From an uncultured Alphaproteobacteria bacterium (GTDB lineage: Bacteria; Pseudomonadota; Alphaproteobacteria; Methylaequorales; Methylaequoraceae): 64,000 nt of DNA. The stretch's first letter is position 1; each line of letters begins with the position of its first letter. Where the stretch lies: NCBI GenBank assembly GCA_902595755.1, contig CACJRF010000006.1, forward strand, positions 5,911-69,910. The letters are read 5' to 3'. The notes under the pieces are model-generated. The model searched no databases and was not told where the DNA came from. It saw only the letters and a program-made list of their open reading frames with translations. Of this stretch, positions 10,463 to 21,504 are shown piece by piece. The translations under genes were made by a program, and so were the position numbers.

Positions 10463-11425
10463 ATGAATAACTTTAACCTCATTTTTCCAGGACAGGGTTC
10501 ACAGACAGTAGGAATGGGATTAGACCTTTATCAAAACCATAAAAAAGCAAAAGAAGTTTTTGATGAAGTTGATGATACATTAAACTTCAAACTTTCTAAA
10601 ATAATTTTTGATGGTCCGAGTGAATTATTGAAATTAACAGAAAATACACAACCTGCAATAATGGCAACAAGTCTTGCCGTAGTAAAAGTGGTTGAAGACG
10701 AACTTAAAAAGGATATTACATCATTCTCTGAAATTGTATTAGGACATTCGTTGGGAGAGTATTCTGCGTTATGTTCTATAAATTCACTAACTATAAGTGA
10801 GACTACGAAAATTTTACAACAAAGAGGAAAAGCTATGCAGCAATCAGTTGGAGGCATAGAGACAAAAATGGTAGCTATCATTGGTTTGGATATTGTAAAT
10901 TTAGAGAATGAACTTAAAAAATTTATTATAAAAGAAAATGAGGTTTGTGAAATAGCAAATGATAATTGTCCAGGTCAAATCATTTTATCGGGTACAAGAA
11001 ATGCAATAGAAGACTTTTCAGAAGTACTAAAAAAAAACGGAGCAAGATCGGTTATTGATTTAAATGTTAGTGCTCCTTTTCACTGTAGCTTAATGAATGA
11101 AGCATCTAAAATTATGGAAGAGGTTTTAAAAGATACTGATTTTAAGAATTTAAATGCAAAATTTATCAGTAATGTTACTGCAAAGATTGAAAATGATGTT
11201 AATAAAATAAAAGGTTTACTTATCGATCAGATTTCAAGTAGGGTTAGGTGGAGAGAAAGTATTCTAGTAGCAGAGAAAATGGGTTCGAAAACTTTCCTAG
11301 AGGTTGGAAATGGTAGTGTTTTATCCGGTATGAATAAAAGAATTTCTAAAAATATAACGACACAAAATCTTTTAGATATGAAAAGTATTGAGCAATTTAT
11401 CAATTTAAATAAGGATATATTATGA
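10463..11425 (+). CDS. fabD: ACP S-malonyltransferase
   Basis: FPGQGSQ, TQPAI, GHSLGEY, VSAPFH. Confidence 0.97.
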   Translation: MNNFNLIFPGQGSQTVGMGLDLYQNHKKAKEVFDEVDDTLNFKLSKIIFDGPSELLKLTENTQPAIMATSLAVVKVVEDELKKDITSFSEIVLGHSLGEYSALCSINSLTISETTKILQQRGKAMQQSVGGIETKMVAIIGLDIVNLENELKKFIIKENEVCEIANDNCPGQIILSGTRNAIEDFSEVLKKNGARSVIDLNVSAPFHCSLMNEASKIMEEVLKDTDFKNLNAKFISNVTAKIENDVNKIKGLLIDQISSRVRWRESILVAEKMGSKTFLEVGNGSVLSGMNKRISKNITTQNLLDMKSIEQFINLNKDIL

Positions 11426-12141
11426 AAAAAGCTTTGATCACAGGAGCAACAGGAGGAATTGGTTTGGAAATTTGTAAATTTCTAGGTAATGATCACGAAA
11501 TTTATATTTTGGGAAGAAATGAAGAAAAGTTAATAAATTTATCCAATAAATTTTCATTTATAAAAGAATACTTTGTTTGCGATATAAGTGAAGTTAAGAG
11601 TTTGCAAGATTTTTTTGAAAAAATTTCAATGAAGAATTTACAAATTGACGTTTTAGTAAATAATGCCGGGGTAACAGATGACAGCCTTTTCTTAAGAATG
11701 GATTTAAAAAAATGGAATAAAGTTATAAACATTAATTTAAACTCAAATTTTATGATTAGTAATTTTTTTTCCAAACAAATGATAAAAAAAAAATGGGGTA
11801 GAATAGTTAATATAACGTCAGTGGTTGGACATACTGGAAATGCTGGTCAATCAAACTATACTGCCTCTAAAGCAGGCATAATTGGAATGACAAAATCTAT
11901 AGCAATTGAGCTTGCTAAAAGAAATATTACTGTGAATTCAATTTCACCTGGTTTCATAGATACTGAAATGACTGCATCTTTAACTGATGAACAAAAAGAT
12001 TTTATAAAAAATAAAATACCACTCGCTAGAATTGGAAGGCCAGAGGATGTCGCTTATTGTGTGAAATTTTTAGTATCCGACCAAGCAAACTATATTACAG
12101 GCCAAACTATTCATGTTAATGGAGGTCTTGCAATGTTATAA
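11422..12141 (+). CDS. fabG: 3-oxoacyl-ACP reductase
   Basis: TGATGGIG, NNAG, YTASKAG; lies between fabD and acpP. Confidence 0.95.
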   Translation: MKKALITGATGGIGLEICKFLGNDHEIYILGRNEEKLINLSNKFSFIKEYFVCDISEVKSLQDFFEKISMKNLQIDVLVNNAGVTDDSLFLRMDLKKWNKVININLNSNFMISNFFSKQMIKKKWGRIVNITSVVGHTGNAGQSNYTASKAGIIGMTKSIAIELAKRNITVNSISPGFIDTEMTASLTDEQKDFIKNKIPLARIGRPEDVAYCVKFLVSDQANYITGQTIHVNGGLAML

Positions 12142-12205
12142 TATAATTGATTTAAAAGAAAAATTATTTATTAATAAACATATTAATTAATGTAAGGATG
12201 GTAGT

Positions 12206-12442
12206 ATGAGTGATATATCAGAAAGAGTTAAAAAAATTGTAGTTGAACATTTAGGTGTTGAATCAGACAAGGTAGTAGGTTCAGCAAGTTTTGTTGATGA
12301 TTTAGGGGCAGATAGTTTAGATACTGTTGAGTTAGTTATGGCGTTTGAAGAGGAATTTAATATAGAGATTCCTGATGATATGGCAGAAAAAATTACTACC
12401 ATTAAAGACGCGATAGATCATATCCAAAATTCTCAAAACTAA
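12206..12442 (+). CDS. acpP: Acyl carrier protein
   Basis: [20 protein letters not shown]. Confidence 0.98.
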   Translation: MSDISERVKKIVVEHLGVESDKVVGSASFVDDLGADSLDTVELVMAFEEEFNIEIPDDMAEKITTIKDAIDHIQNSQN

Positions 12443-12445
12443 ACT

Positions 12446-13696
12446 ATGAGAAGGGTGGTAGTTACAGGTATCGGTATGTGTACACCACTCGGCTTTGGTT
12501 GGAAACATTGTTGGAATAAACTAATCGAAGGAAAGTCTGGAATCAGACAGTTATCAGGTTTTGAAATTAGTGATTTACCTTCAAAGGTTGGTGGACAGCT
12601 TCCGATGGATGGAGACAAAACACTTTTTTCAGAAAATATAATAGAAGTTAAAGACAGAAAAAAAATAGAGCCATTTATTGAATACGCACTGATCGCAGCG
12701 AGTGAAGCTTTAAAAGACTCAGGATGGAAATCAGAAAGTGATGAAGATTCATATAAAACTGGCGTTATGATAGGTTCAGGAATAGGGGGATTAGATGGTA
12801 TAAGGAAAAGTGCAATTAATTTAGATAGAAGCCCTCGAAAGATTTCTCCATTTTTTATTCCTTCATGTTTGATAAACTTAGCAAGTGGACACGTATCTAT
12901 AAAATATAACTTTAAAGGTCCAAACCACTCTGTTGTTACGGCTTGTTCTTCAGGAGCACATGCAATCGGTGACTCCTTTAGACTTATTTCTGACGGAACA
13001 GCTGATGTAATGGTAGCAGGTGGAACAGAGGCTGCATGTACTAGATTTGGTATTGCTGGTTTTTGTGCAATGAGAGCACTATCGACTAGATATAATCATA
13101 ATCCAAGCATTGCATCTCGTCCTTGGGATATTGATAGAGATGGATTTGTACTTTCAGAAGGTTCTGGAATATTAGTTCTTGAAGAATATGAACATGCAGT
13201 AAAAAGGTCAGCAAATATTTATGCAGAAATAATTGGTTACGGTTTGTCTGGTGATGCATCGCATCCAACAGCACCTGCATCTGATGGAAATGGAGCATTT
13301 AGAGCTATGAAAATGGCTATCGATAAAGCAAATATTTCTTCGCAAGATATTGATTATATAAATGCTCACGGCACATCAACGCCCTTAGGAGACGAGATTG
13401 AATTTGCGGCAGTAAAAAAGTTATTTTCAGATAACACTAATCTTTTCATGTCTTCAACAAAATCATCGACTGGTCATCTACTTGGAGCATCGGGTTCAAT
13501 AGAAGCTATATTTTCAATTTTATCACTTAAAAACGACGAAATACCTCCAACACTCAATCTCGATAATATTTCGGAAAGCTGTTCGGGGATAAATTTAGTG
13601 CCACATGAAAGTATAAAAGAAAAAGTTAATTTTTCATTATCGAATTCTTTTGGTTTCGGAGGGACGAATGTATCGCTTATTTTTAAGAAAATTTAA
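12446..13696 (+). CDS. fabF: Beta-ketoacyl-ACP synthase II
   Basis: VVTACSSGAH, NAHGTSTP, GHLLGA, NSFGFGG. Confidence 0.98.
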   Translation: MRRVVVTGIGMCTPLGFGWKHCWNKLIEGKSGIRQLSGFEISDLPSKVGGQLPMDGDKTLFSENIIEVKDRKKIEPFIEYALIAASEALKDSGWKSESDEDSYKTGVMIGSGIGGLDGIRKSAINLDRSPRKISPFFIPSCLINLASGHVSIKYNFKGPNHSVVTACSSGAHAIGDSFRLISDGTADVMVAGGTEAACTRFGIAGFCAMRALSTRYNHNPSIASRPWDIDRDGFVLSEGSGILVLEEYEHAVKRSANIYAEIIGYGLSGDASHPTAPASDGNGAFRAMKMAIDKANISSQDIDYINAHGTSTPLGDEIEFAAVKKLFSDNTNLFMSSTKSSTGHLLGASGSIEAIFSILSLKNDEIPPTLNLDNISESCSGINLVPHESIKEKVNFSLSNSFGFGGTNVSLIFKKI

Positions 13697-13701
13697 CAAT
13701 A

Positions 13702-14649
13702 GTGCTGAATTATTTTATATTTGTACTTGTTCTAGTTATAAATATTTTTTTTGAGTTATTCTTTAAAGATTATGAATTAAAAAATAATAAAAAAATCATT
13801 ATCGAGCAGGGAATGAGTCTTTCGGATGTAAGCAACTTACTAAAAAATAATAATATTATAAAAAGTAAATTAGCTTTTAAAATTTGGATTAAAGTTAATT
13901 TTGTCGAAACAAAAATTAAATTTGGTGAGTATCAGTTTGAAAATGGAGTGTCAGTAAATAAAATTGTTAGCAAATTAAAAAGTGGAGATTTTTTTTTCAG
14001 AAAATTTACAATAGTTGAAGGTACTACAAAGTTTGATTTATTTGAAAAAATTAGAGGGACTTATCCTGATCAAAAAATTGAGCTAAATGAACTGAGCGAT
14101 TTTTTTGTCGCAGATACTTATTATTATAACGTAGCCGAAAGTGCTAATGAACTAATTAAAAATATATCTAAAAGTAGTTCTGAAATTTTAAATAAATTGT
14201 GGAGCCAAAGAGATGAAGGGCTACCACTAAAAAATATTGAAGAGGTGTTTATATTATCATCAATAATTGAAAAAGAAACATCGTTGGATTATGAAAAAAA
14301 GGAAGTTGCTGGTGTTTTTTATAATAGATTAAAAAAGGGAATGCGATTACAATCTGACCCAACTGTTATATTTGCAATAACTAAAGGGGAAAAAAAATTT
14401 AATAGAAAGTTATTGAGAAAAGACTTGAAGTATAAATCACCTTTTAATACTTATTTAAATAAAGGATTACCACCCTTACCCATTTGTTTTCCCGGAATAA
14501 AATCAATAGAGGCAACTCTCAATCCAGATCAAAATGAATATTTCTATTTTGTAGCAGACCCTAAAATTAATGGACACATCTTTTCAAAACATTATCATCA
14601 ACATTTAAAAACTATAAAAATGATAAAAGAATATAAAATTAATGACTAA
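13702..14649 (+). CDS. mltG: Endolytic transglycosylase MltG
   Basis: SSIIEKET, MRLQSDPT, SPFNTY, GLPP, YFYFV; GTG start. Confidence 0.93.
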   Translation: MLNYFIFVLVLVINIFFELFFKDYELKNNKKIIIEQGMSLSDVSNLLKNNNIIKSKLAFKIWIKVNFVETKIKFGEYQFENGVSVNKIVSKLKSGDFFFRKFTIVEGTTKFDLFEKIRGTYPDQKIELNELSDFFVADTYYYNVAESANELIKNISKSSSEILNKLWSQRDEGLPLKNIEEVFILSSIIEKETSLDYEKKEVAGVFYNRLKKGMRLQSDPTVIFAITKGEKKFNRKLLRKDLKYKSPFNTYLNKGLPPLPICFPGIKSIEATLNPDQNEYFYFVADPKINGHIFSKHYHQHLKTIKMIKEYKIND

Positions 14650-15271
14650 AAAAAACAAAAGAAAAGGTTTAATGTTAGTTTTGTCTTCTCCTTCTGGTGC
14701 AGGTAAAACTTCAATCTGCAGAAAACTACTAGAAATAGAAAATGATCTAGTAATGTCTATATCTTACACAACAAGAAAAAAAAGAAAAAGTGAAACAAAT
14801 GGAATTGACTACTTTTTTGTTTCAGATAATGAATTTGAAAAGCTTAAGAATAACGACTTTTTTATTGAATACGCAAATGTATTTGATAATTGGTATGGGA
14901 CTCCAAAAAAAATTGTAATAGATCATATGCAAAATGGAGTGGATGTAGTATTCGATATAGATTGGCAAGGTACTCAAAAATTGTACAATTTTTCAAGTAC
15001 TGATATGGTTTCAATTTTTATTCTTCCACCTACCAATCATGAATTATCTAACAGGTTAAAAAATAGAGATGAGGATAGTGACGATACAGTTTCACTTAGA
15101 ATGAGCAAGGCAAAATCAGAAATAAGTCATTGGATAGAATATGACTATGTTTTAATAAATGAGAATTTAGATGAATGTGTTAAAGAAGTACTTACTATAC
15201 TGTACGCCGAGAGAAAAAAGAAGTCTCGTCAAAACTTTTTATTTGAGATGGTTGGAAAGTTATTAGAATAA
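14642..15271 (+). CDS. gmk: Guanylate kinase
   Basis: LSSPSGAGKT, SYTTR, WYGT, DIDWQG. Confidence 0.97.
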   Translation: MTKKNKRKGLMLVLSSPSGAGKTSICRKLLEIENDLVMSISYTTRKKRKSETNGIDYFFVSDNEFEKLKNNDFFIEYANVFDNWYGTPKKIVIDHMQNGVDVVFDIDWQGTQKLYNFSSTDMVSIFILPPTNHELSNRLKNRDEDSDDTVSLRMSKAKSEISHWIEYDYVLINENLDECVKEVLTILYAERKKKSRQNFLFEMVGKLLE

Positions 15272-16036
15272 TAATTTAGACATCATCAAATAACTATCTA
15301 TGCTTATATTCTGCGGTCTCAGGTTTAGATCTACACCGCTATTAATAATTTTTTGAAGGTCAGAATGACTGATTTTATTAAGATTGTTTTTTAGCTTTTT
15401 TCTACGTTGAGCAAAGCAAATTTTTAGTAGTTCATCGATATTTTCATAATTAAAATTAAGATTAGATTTCGGAGTTAATTCTATAATTGATGAATCAACT
15501 TTGGGTTTGGGATGAAAATTTTCAGGTGACACATCGAAAATTTTTTTCACATTTGAATGTAGCTGAACAAGTACACTAGTTCTACCATAAAACTTTGTTG
15601 ATACTTTTGCTGATAATCTATCTGCGACTTCTCTTTGGACCATAACAATAATCGACTCAAATTTTTTTATATATCTTAACCATTTAATCACAAGTGTTGT
15701 TGCTATATGGTAAGGAAGGTTTGCAACTAAAAATATTTTTTTATCCTCAATTTTAGAATAATCATATGTAAGTGCGTCCTGAAAAATAATCTTAAGAATC
15801 TCTGGATATTTATTTTGTATGTTAACTAAAAAAGGCTTGAGTTCTTCATCCTTCTCAATTGCTAAAAGTTTTTTGGGTTTTTTTTTTAATAAATATTCGG
15901 TGAGTGCACCTTTACCAGGACCAATTTCTAAAATTGATTTATTTTCAAAATTTTTTAACTCGGAAATCTTTTTCAGTAAATCTTTATTTTTAAGAAAATT
16001 CTGCCCAAACCTTTTCTTTGGATAAAAATTATACAT
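15263..16036 (-). CDS. rsmA: 16S rRNA dimethyladenosine transferase
   Basis: PKKRFGQNFL, EIGPGKG, ANLPY, FHPKPKVDS, QRRKKL. Confidence 0.96.
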   Translation of the reverse strand: MYNFYPKKRFGQNFLKNKDLLKKISELKNFENKSILEIGPGKGALTEYLLKKKPKKLLAIEKDEELKPFLVNIQNKYPEILKIIFQDALTYDYSKIEDKKIFLVANLPYHIATTLVIKWLRYIKKFESIIVMVQREVADRLSAKVSTKFYGRTSVLVQLHSNVKKIFDVSPENFHPKPKVDSSIIELTPKSNLNFNYENIDELLKICFAQRRKKLKNNLNKISHSDLQKIINSGVDLNLRPQNISIDSYLMMSKLLF

Positions 16037-17045
16037 TTTTTTTTATAAATTTTAGTGCTGCACATAAACTTTCAGAGTTAGCACAATTTTTATCAGCAAT
16101 ATCAAAAGCTGGACCATGATCGGGCGATACCCTTAAAAATGGGAGGCCACCTGTAACATTTATTGAATGTTTAAAGTCAAGTAACTTAATGGGAATAAGA
16201 CCTTGGTCATGATAAAAGCATATAATACCATGATAGTTTTTTCTTATATCCTTTGAAAAACATGAATCACCACTTAATGGTCCGTAAACATTAATTTTAT
16301 CTTTCAATCCTTTTAATACAGGCTTGATAAGTGAGATTTCTTCACGCCCTATAAGACCACCTTCCCCAGCATGAGGATTTACCGAGGCTATTGCAATTTT
16401 AGGGTTTTTAATACCCCAAAATTTCTTGAGTGATAAATCGAAAAGACTAATCTTTTCACCAATTAATTTTTTATTTACATTTTTTAAGCAGTCTTTTAAA
16501 GGCACATGTGTTGTTATCAATCCTACTATTAAATTTGTACCTTTATCCTCAGGTTTTGTAGTTGACAAAATCATGATTTCATTTGAATTTTTAAAATTAT
16601 CTTTTGAGGCCAAGCTTGATAAATATTCAGTTTGTCCGCAAAAATTAAAACCATTCTTTTTTAAACTTTTTTTGCATACTGGTAAAGTTACTAAGCCTGA
16701 AACATCTCCTTTTTTAAATAAGTCATAACTACCATCTATAGATCTTAATACATATTGTGAATTTTTATAATTAGGTTTACCTAAGTTAAATTTTAGATTT
16801 ATTTTCATATCAAGAACAGGTAAATATTCGTTAAAATATTTTTTAGCTTCCTTTGCCTTCGATATTTTCACTAATTTTGCTTTTAAATTGAATTTTCTAT
16901 TTATAAATTCAACTTTTCTGAAATCATCCAGTAGAAAAAAAATGGGTAGACCTAGTTTCTTTCTCTTGAGCCATGATTTGATAGCAATTTCTGTTGCTAT
17001 TCCAGATGGTTCTCCCATTGTTAAAACAATTGGCTTTTTTTTCAT
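16029..17045 (-). CDS. pdxA: 4-hydroxythreonine-4-phosphate dehydrogenase
   Basis: TMGEPSGI, NPHAGEGG, YHDQGLIP, SPDHG. Confidence 0.94.
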   Translation of the reverse strand: MKKKPIVLTMGEPSGIATEIAIKSWLKRKKLGLPIFFLLDDFRKVEFINRKFNLKAKLVKISKAKEAKKYFNEYLPVLDMKINLKFNLGKPNYKNSQYVLRSIDGSYDLFKKGDVSGLVTLPVCKKSLKKNGFNFCGQTEYLSSLASKDNFKNSNEIMILSTTKPEDKGTNLIVGLITTHVPLKDCLKNVNKKLIGEKISLFDLSLKKFWGIKNPKIAIASVNPHAGEGGLIGREEISLIKPVLKGLKDKINVYGPLSGDSCFSKDIRKNYHGIICFYHDQGLIPIKLLDFKHSINVTGGLPFLRVSPDHGPAFDIADKNCANSESLCAALKFIKKNV

Positions 17046-18256
17046 TCTGTAAAAAATTTAACATTTATATTTTTTCTTAGATTTGCAAGGTATGTATTTG
17101 TAAGCTGATTAAATTTTTCAGCAAAGATCTTTGTTTCAATTTTTTCACGATTGACAACTTGTTTTTCTTTATCAAACTTATCGCAAACAAGTAGTATGTT
17201 ATTTTCTCCTGATATATCAATTATATTTGTGAAAGACCCAATTTTAGTTTTTTCAAGTTCGTCAAAAAAGATCTCTGAAAGTTCGTTAGCCTTAATATTT
17301 TGAATTGACACAAATGAAATATCTTCAAGATTAAACTTATCTTCGTCAAATTCACAAGTTATATTGCTTTTTTTTAGTTCATTTAAATCTTTATTAAATG
17401 ACGAAAACTTGATGAACGAATATGTAAATGCTTCAAGACCAAATATTCTTTTTTCATTCAACTTTATAATTTTATAACCATTTTTAGTCTTAATATTAGA
17501 TTTAATTTCTCCAACACCTAATTGATTTAATACACTTTTTAAATCATCATCTAAATTATCTACCATTACCCATCTATTTTTTTCAAGATTCGTTGTTGAA
17601 ATATTCTCATCAAATTTCTTTGCTACTAAATCAAACGACAATTCTGATTCTAACAAAGATAGTACTTTGTTCATCCTTTTTTTTGTATTCTCCAAATCGT
17701 TTTCTTTAATGTTTTTAAAAAGAATCTCTGAGTAATTATATTCTACTTTTCCAACTTTATTCATCAAATTATTCGCAAGTGTTTCAACTTCACTTTTATT
17801 GATCGTGATTTTTGATGAAAATTTCTGTCGTGTATACTTTTTCCACATTAATTCAGCTTTAAGTTGTTCTTTAATCACATCAATATCTATTTTTTCCTGT
17901 TTTAAAAAGGTTTTGAACTGTTCAAACTCATCTACTGGAAAATCATACATCTTTGATATGAAATTATTTAATTCTTCTTCAGCTATTTCAACATTAAATT
18001 TTTCAGATTCTATTTTTTTTATTTTTTCTAAAATTAACAATTCAAGAACTCTATCTCTTACAGAATCTCTATTTTTAATATTATCATCAAGGTTTAATGA
18101 CTTTAAAACAAGTTTTATCCTTTCAGATAGGTCATAGGTTGTTATTGCCTCAGAATCTACCGAGACAATTAAACCTTCAAATTTTTCATCAGACAGTAAT
18201 TTTGTTTCCAATAAAAGTATAAATAAAATCACAAAAATAAAACTCTTATATATCAC
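17042..18256 (-). CDS. surA: SurA-like periplasmic chaperone/PPIase
   Basis: Start reassigned to GTG at 18256 (GTG ATA TAT AAG, followed by a signal peptide) because the longer track ORF runs 128 nt into lptD. Has VDSEAITTYDL and LILEKIKKIES SurA-N patterns; sits between lptD and pdxA. Confidence 0.8.
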   Translation of the reverse strand: MIYKSFIFVILFILLLETKLLSDEKFEGLIVSVDSEAITTYDLSERIKLVLKSLNLDDNIKNRDSVRDRVLELLILEKIKKIESEKFNVEIAEEELNNFISKMYDFPVDEFEQFKTFLKQEKIDIDVIKEQLKAELMWKKYTRQKFSSKITINKSEVETLANNLMNKVGKVEYNYSEILFKNIKENDLENTKKRMNKVLSLLESELSFDLVAKKFDENISTTNLEKNRWVMVDNLDDDLKSVLNQLGVGEIKSNIKTKNGYKIIKLNEKRIFGLEAFTYSFIKFSSFNKDLNELKKSNITCEFDEDKFNLEDISFVSIQNIKANELSEIFFDELEKTKIGSFTNIIDISGENNILLVCDKFDKEKQVVNREKIETKIFAEKFNQLTNTYLANLRKNINVKFFTE

Positions 18257-20420
18257 CGTCCATAATCTCCTTAAGACTGAATAAAAATATAAAGCTATTA
18301 GACGTTGGATCCTCTGGATTATGAGTATACTTACGTTTCCAGGAAAAAGATAAACCCACGCATTCGTCTTCATATTTTATTTTTGAATTAATATTATTGT
18401 ATTTAATTTCATCCTTTTTATCAAATGTTGTTGAAGAGGTAAAGGACCAGAATTCACTAATTTGATGATTATAAGAAATAGAATATTGATTTTTACCTTC
18501 AATTTCAGTCGTACCAGTTTCATTTAAAATTACTGGAGAATGAATGTTACTTATGGATAATTGATTTTTATTAACTGTAAAAATTAAACTTGAATATGCA
18601 TTTTTTAAAGAGAACTTTTCTTGATCTAGAGAGAAAGTTGAGGAAATGTTAACTAGACTTGATGGCTGAATTTTTATATTTCCAACAAAATCTGAGAATT
18701 TTTTAGATATACCAGAATTTTCCTGCATATATGACTGTCTTTCCATCTGGTAACTTTGGGCAACAGAGATTTCGCTTACGAAATCATTATTTATTGATTT
18801 TTTTTTAAATTTAATTCCGTAGTCAACCCTTGACTGAGAATCAAATCTATCGAATCCGGATAATCTATTAATATTAAAAATATCAAAGTAATCTAATTGA
18901 AAATTGTTTATATTATTTTCGTCTGGTATGAACCTATTAAATGCTTTTTTATTTGACTTAATAAACATAATATTAGGCTCAATTATATTTACATACTTTC
19001 TACTACTTTTAAAGTAGGGTTTATTCAGTTTGAGAGAGAATACCGGGTAGGCGTTTATCCTATTTTTACTGTATTCAAAACTACCATTTGCTGGGTTGTC
19101 GTATTTATTGATATTATAAAAACCAGCATTTAGATGAATACCTACTTCAGCTGATGTACCATCAACTAATATAGTAGGATATAGGAGATTTTGATTAATG
19201 AAAAACTTATTAGTTTCTGTACCTTTTGTTCTGTGTAAACTGACAAATTCACCCTTTGTATTAAGGTTTATTTTATTCATTTGACTAGCAGAGTTTAAAT
19301 CAAACTTAAAAAGGGGGAATATTTTTGGTTTAGTTTCTCTGATAATATTTGCTCTCAAATCCTGAATTGCATAAGATTCTAAAGAATAAAAATTTCTATT
19401 ATGATGAGTTGCTAATTTAAAAGAAGTTTCTAAAATATCAGTATTTTTGTATCTATATGTATTAAGATAGTTTCTATCTGTTACTCGTTGGAGTTTTAAA
19501 TCAAGATATGTATTTTCATTGATATCAAATTTTGAATGAGATCTAATATGGCCTCTTTTTTTATCTTCTTTGGTAATATTAACCTTTTGATTTTCTATTG
19601 TTCCACTAAAGTCAGTAATAATTTCGCCATTTCTAAAATTTTTTCTATGCTCAATATAAAGTGCTGGATTTTTTTTTTGCGAGAATTTCGGTTGAATTGT
19701 GACATCTTGATAATCACTGATCGGAATGTAGTATGGGATATCAACTGAAAAACCAAAATAATAATTTTGTTTATAACTAGGTGCAATAAATCCTGCTTTT
19801 CTTTTAACTAGAGGAGATGCAACTGAAAAGTATGGAAGATAAAAAATACTTTTACCTTTAACGTCTAAATATGAATCGTAGAACTTAACCATCTGTTCTT
19901 TTTTATCATGAATGATTTTTTTTGCTTTAACTTGAACAAGTGGATTTTCAAATTTATCTGACCCTTCTTTTTTGCAAATATCACAAGCGGTAAAAATTCC
20001 ATTATCTAATTTTTCCCAATATTGGTCTCTTCTCTCTACTTTCTTTGCAGCGATCCTAATATAATTTTTCTTAACTAAGTTTTCTGAGGTTGGAATATAT
20101 AAGTACTTATCTTGAATTATAGCATTCTCAAGATTTTTATCGGCAACTATTTTTTTTGCTCTTAAAAAAGTACCATCAGTTTTGTTATAAATTTTAACAT
20201 TATCACTTGCAGAAATAACATTTGAATCATTATTCAAAAAAACTTTATCTGCATTTAATTTAAAAAATTTATCAATAATTTCAACATTTCCCGTCGCATA
20301 GATTCTAGTGCTATTTTTATCATATGTGAATTGGTCAGCTTTAATTTCTATTTCATCATTTGAGAAGGTATTATTGAAAAAAAGAAGCAAGATTAGAAGA
20401 ATTATTTTACCCATCTTCAA
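18246..20420 (-). CDS. lptD: LPS assembly outer-membrane protein LptD
   Basis: N-terminal OstA-like region (IEIKADQFTYD, ATGNV), FTACD, RKAGFIAP, YEDEC. Confidence 0.92.
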   Translation of the reverse strand: MKMGKIILLILLLFFNNTFSNDEIEIKADQFTYDKNSTRIYATGNVEIIDKFFKLNADKVFLNNDSNVISASDNVKIYNKTDGTFLRAKKIVADKNLENAIIQDKYLYIPTSENLVKKNYIRIAAKKVERRDQYWEKLDNGIFTACDICKKEGSDKFENPLVQVKAKKIIHDKKEQMVKFYDSYLDVKGKSIFYLPYFSVASPLVKRKAGFIAPSYKQNYYFGFSVDIPYYIPISDYQDVTIQPKFSQKKNPALYIEHRKNFRNGEIITDFSGTIENQKVNITKEDKKRGHIRSHSKFDINENTYLDLKLQRVTDRNYLNTYRYKNTDILETSFKLATHHNRNFYSLESYAIQDLRANIIRETKPKIFPLFKFDLNSASQMNKINLNTKGEFVSLHRTKGTETNKFFINQNLLYPTILVDGTSAEVGIHLNAGFYNINKYDNPANGSFEYSKNRINAYPVFSLKLNKPYFKSSRKYVNIIEPNIMFIKSNKKAFNRFIPDENNINNFQLDYFDIFNINRLSGFDRFDSQSRVDYGIKFKKKSINNDFVSEISVAQSYQMERQSYMQENSGISKKFSDFVGNIKIQPSSLVNISSTFSLDQEKFSLKNAYSSLIFTVNKNQLSISNIHSPVILNETGTTEIEGKNQYSISYNHQISEFWSFTSSTTFDKKDEIKYNNINSKIKYEDECVGLSFSWKRKYTHNPEDPTSNSFIFLFSLKEIMDGDI

Positions 20421-21504
20421 TATGAATCAATGCGCTAATTAAAAATAAATTGAAAATGATTGGTGCTGCCCAGACAGAAAAAAAAACATTTAAATTCCCT
20501 GTTTGACCAAGTGTTTTGACTATATCACCAGTAAAATGAAAAATAACTCCAATTATTAAACCAATAACAACCATTAAAAAGTTCTTCTTTATTCTATTTT
20601 TTTTTATGGATAGCAAACAACCAAGTAATACCATAGATAAAAGTATCAAGGGATATGAATATAAATAGTTCTTGTAAACAACATGTTTTCTAACTGAGAA
20701 TCCAGATTTTTCCAAATTCTTAATATAATTGTCCAACTCCCAAAAACCAATTGATTCAGGTGGCCTAAAGTTTCTTTCAATTTTTTTTGCGTCAAGATTT
20801 ATAAACAGTTGTAATTTGTTAAATTTCATTGGAAGTTTATTAATTTCTAGTCGATATCCGTCGTTGAGTTCCCAAATTTCTGTATTTAACATTATTATAT
20901 TTTCAACATTTATTCTTTCCAAAAATTTATTATTTAGATCAAATTTGAATATTTTAACATTTTGCAGTTTTTGTTCTTCAGGAATATATAATTTAGAATT
21001 TATAACATATTCGAACTCATCATTTTTTTCCCTTAACCAAAGACCAGTTTGCGAAACTGAGTATAAACCAGACGAGCCTTTAAAAAATGAATTTTCAAGA
21101 CTTTTAAATTTTAGATTCATATAGGAAAAAACCGGATTAAAAATAAATAAAAAAAGAATACTTACAATAGTCACATTTATTATTGTAGGTAATATTAAAG
21201 ACCATATTGAGAACCCTGATGCCCTTAGGACACTTAATTCATTGTTTTTATTTAACCTCATGTATGTGTTCATTGAACTTAATAGAAAAACTGTAGGAAG
21301 AATTATAGGAAAGAGTGTAGGTATGTGAAGTAATGCCATTTTGAGTAAGATCGTGAACTCAATATTTTTGCTAGAGCTTCTTCTAATAAGTTCGATGAGG
21401 TCAATAGAAATAAAAAAAATACATGAAAATGTAAAAATTATAAGAAAGGAGAATAAATTTTCCTTTATAATATATCTTAAAACAAGTGTATTTTTAAAAA
21501 TCAT
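20407..21504 (-). CDS. lptG: LPS export permease LptG
   Basis: DLIELIRR, NELSVLRASGFSIW, GLWLRE; six-TM pattern. Confidence 0.88.
   Translation of the reverse strand: MIFKNTLVLRYIIKENLFSFLIIFTFSCIFFISIDLIELIRRSSSKNIEFTILLKMALLHIPTLFPIILPTVFLLSSMNTYMRLNKNNELSVLRASGFSIWSLILPTIINVTIVSILFLFIFNPVFSYMNLKFKSLENSFFKGSSGLYSVSQTGLWLREKNDEFEYVINSKLYIPEEQKLQNVKIFKFDLNNKFLERINVENIIMLNTEIWELNDGYRLEINKLPMKFNKLQLFINLDAKKIERNFRPPESIGFWELDNYIKNLEKSGFSVRKHVVYKNYLYSYPLILLSMVLLGCLLSIKKNRIKKNFLMVVIGLIIGVIFHFTGDIVKTLGQTGNLNVFFSVWAAPIIFNLFLISALIHIEDG

Noticed and set aside
18257-18373. Extended SurA N-terminus
   Set aside because: Overlaps the lptD C-terminus; GTG at 18256 gives a clean signal peptide.
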